A DNA stretch of 64,000 bases from Balamuthia mandrillaris (taxonomy: Eukaryota). The position numbers were made by a program, and so were the translations under genes. Positions 63,299 to 64,000 of the stretch are shown piece after piece; position 1 is the first letter of the stretch; each line of letters begins with the position of its first letter. A model generated the notes under the pieces. It made no database searches, had not been told where the DNA came from, and worked only from the letters and a program-made list of their open reading frames with translations. Location: the NCBI GenBank assembly GCA_031835245.2, contig JAVKOQ020000049.1, positions 62,001 to 126,000 of the forward strand. The letters run 5' to 3'.

Positions 63299-64000
63299 GT
63301 TCACTTTCGACTTCTTGCTTTCTTGTCCTTTCAACTTCTTTCTTGTCGTTTCTTTCTTTCTTTCTTTTCCTTATTCTTGTTCTTATTCGTTGCCTTCCTG
63401 ATTCCTTGCTTCACTGATTCTCTTCAGCCCTGACCAGGCTTGCAACGTTTGACCGCTCCCTACCTTCTTCTTGTTTGACCGCTTGTTTTCATTTTTTCAT
63501 TTTTTTTTTTTGTACCAGTGATTACTTTTCAGATAGAAAGAACAAAAAAAGAAAAAACAAAAACAAAAATACAGGAATTGCAGAACAGAGGTAACCAAAA
63601 AAAAAAGTTGCGAACTGCACACAGAAGGGCCCACTAATATTCTCTGCTTCAGGACTCCACTTAAAAAAAAACGAACAAAAACAAAAAGAAGAGCAAGACC
63701 AGTACAGCGTAAATTCTTTCGGGAGGAATAAGAGACAACAAAAAAAAGGGGTAACTAAACGGAGTTTTTTTTATTTTGTTTTGTGTCCTTTTGTTTCTTT
63801 AAAATATCAACTCACTTCATCTTTTGGTTGTGTTTTGTGGCTTTATTTTTAATTTTTTTATTTTTTTTATTTTTTTGGGTGAAAGCTCTGAGCAATGGAA
63901 GAAAGAAGAGGACGAGACAGAAAATCATTTTCTCCTCTTTCTTCCGCCTCTCACGAAGAAACTAGACTCGCGAGAAGAGCTGAACGGCAGCAAAGACGGA

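Noticed and set aside
63962..64000. Possible 3' end of a minus-strand gene (..SVFAAVQLFSRV*)
   Set aside because: Too short to support at the window edge.

Overview
Gene-dense, intron-rich eukaryotic nuclear DNA with about 30 genes. Introns are short and carry (CT)n/(CTT)n microsatellites. Gene content and style (actobindin-like module, ComC-like surface protein, expansin, RasGEF/RhoGEF/TKL kinase) point to an amoebozoan, possibly a Balamuthia/Acanthamoeba relative (inference only). Housekeeping genes include an SLC25 carrier, CDC45, USB1, an omega-like GST, a rhomboid, DGK, acyl-CoA oxidase, a twin-Cx9C protein, GDPD, a Nudix hydrolase, delta-12 desaturase, an ammonium transporter, HACD, beta'-COP, an SV2-like MFS and SLC33A1. 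Most notable observations: (1) an intronless class IV (SIRT6/7-like) sirtuin bracketed by an N-terminal actobindin/beta-thymosin-like motif and a C-terminal WH2 motif; (2) RNase P subunit RPP21 running in frame, via a poly-Ser linker, into a flavin-reductase-like domain; (3) a 1.8 kb two-ORF PIF/Harbinger-superfamily transposon with ~34 bp TIRs and an ATT target duplication, its transposase broken by three in-frame TGAs; (4) a Dug2-type WD40+M20 fusion; (5) a secreted PLA2 frameshifted by an exact 16 bp duplication; (6) recurrent GTCGAC and TGACGT(CA) motifs upstream of genes. All gene models and family calls were made by eye, with no database searches.
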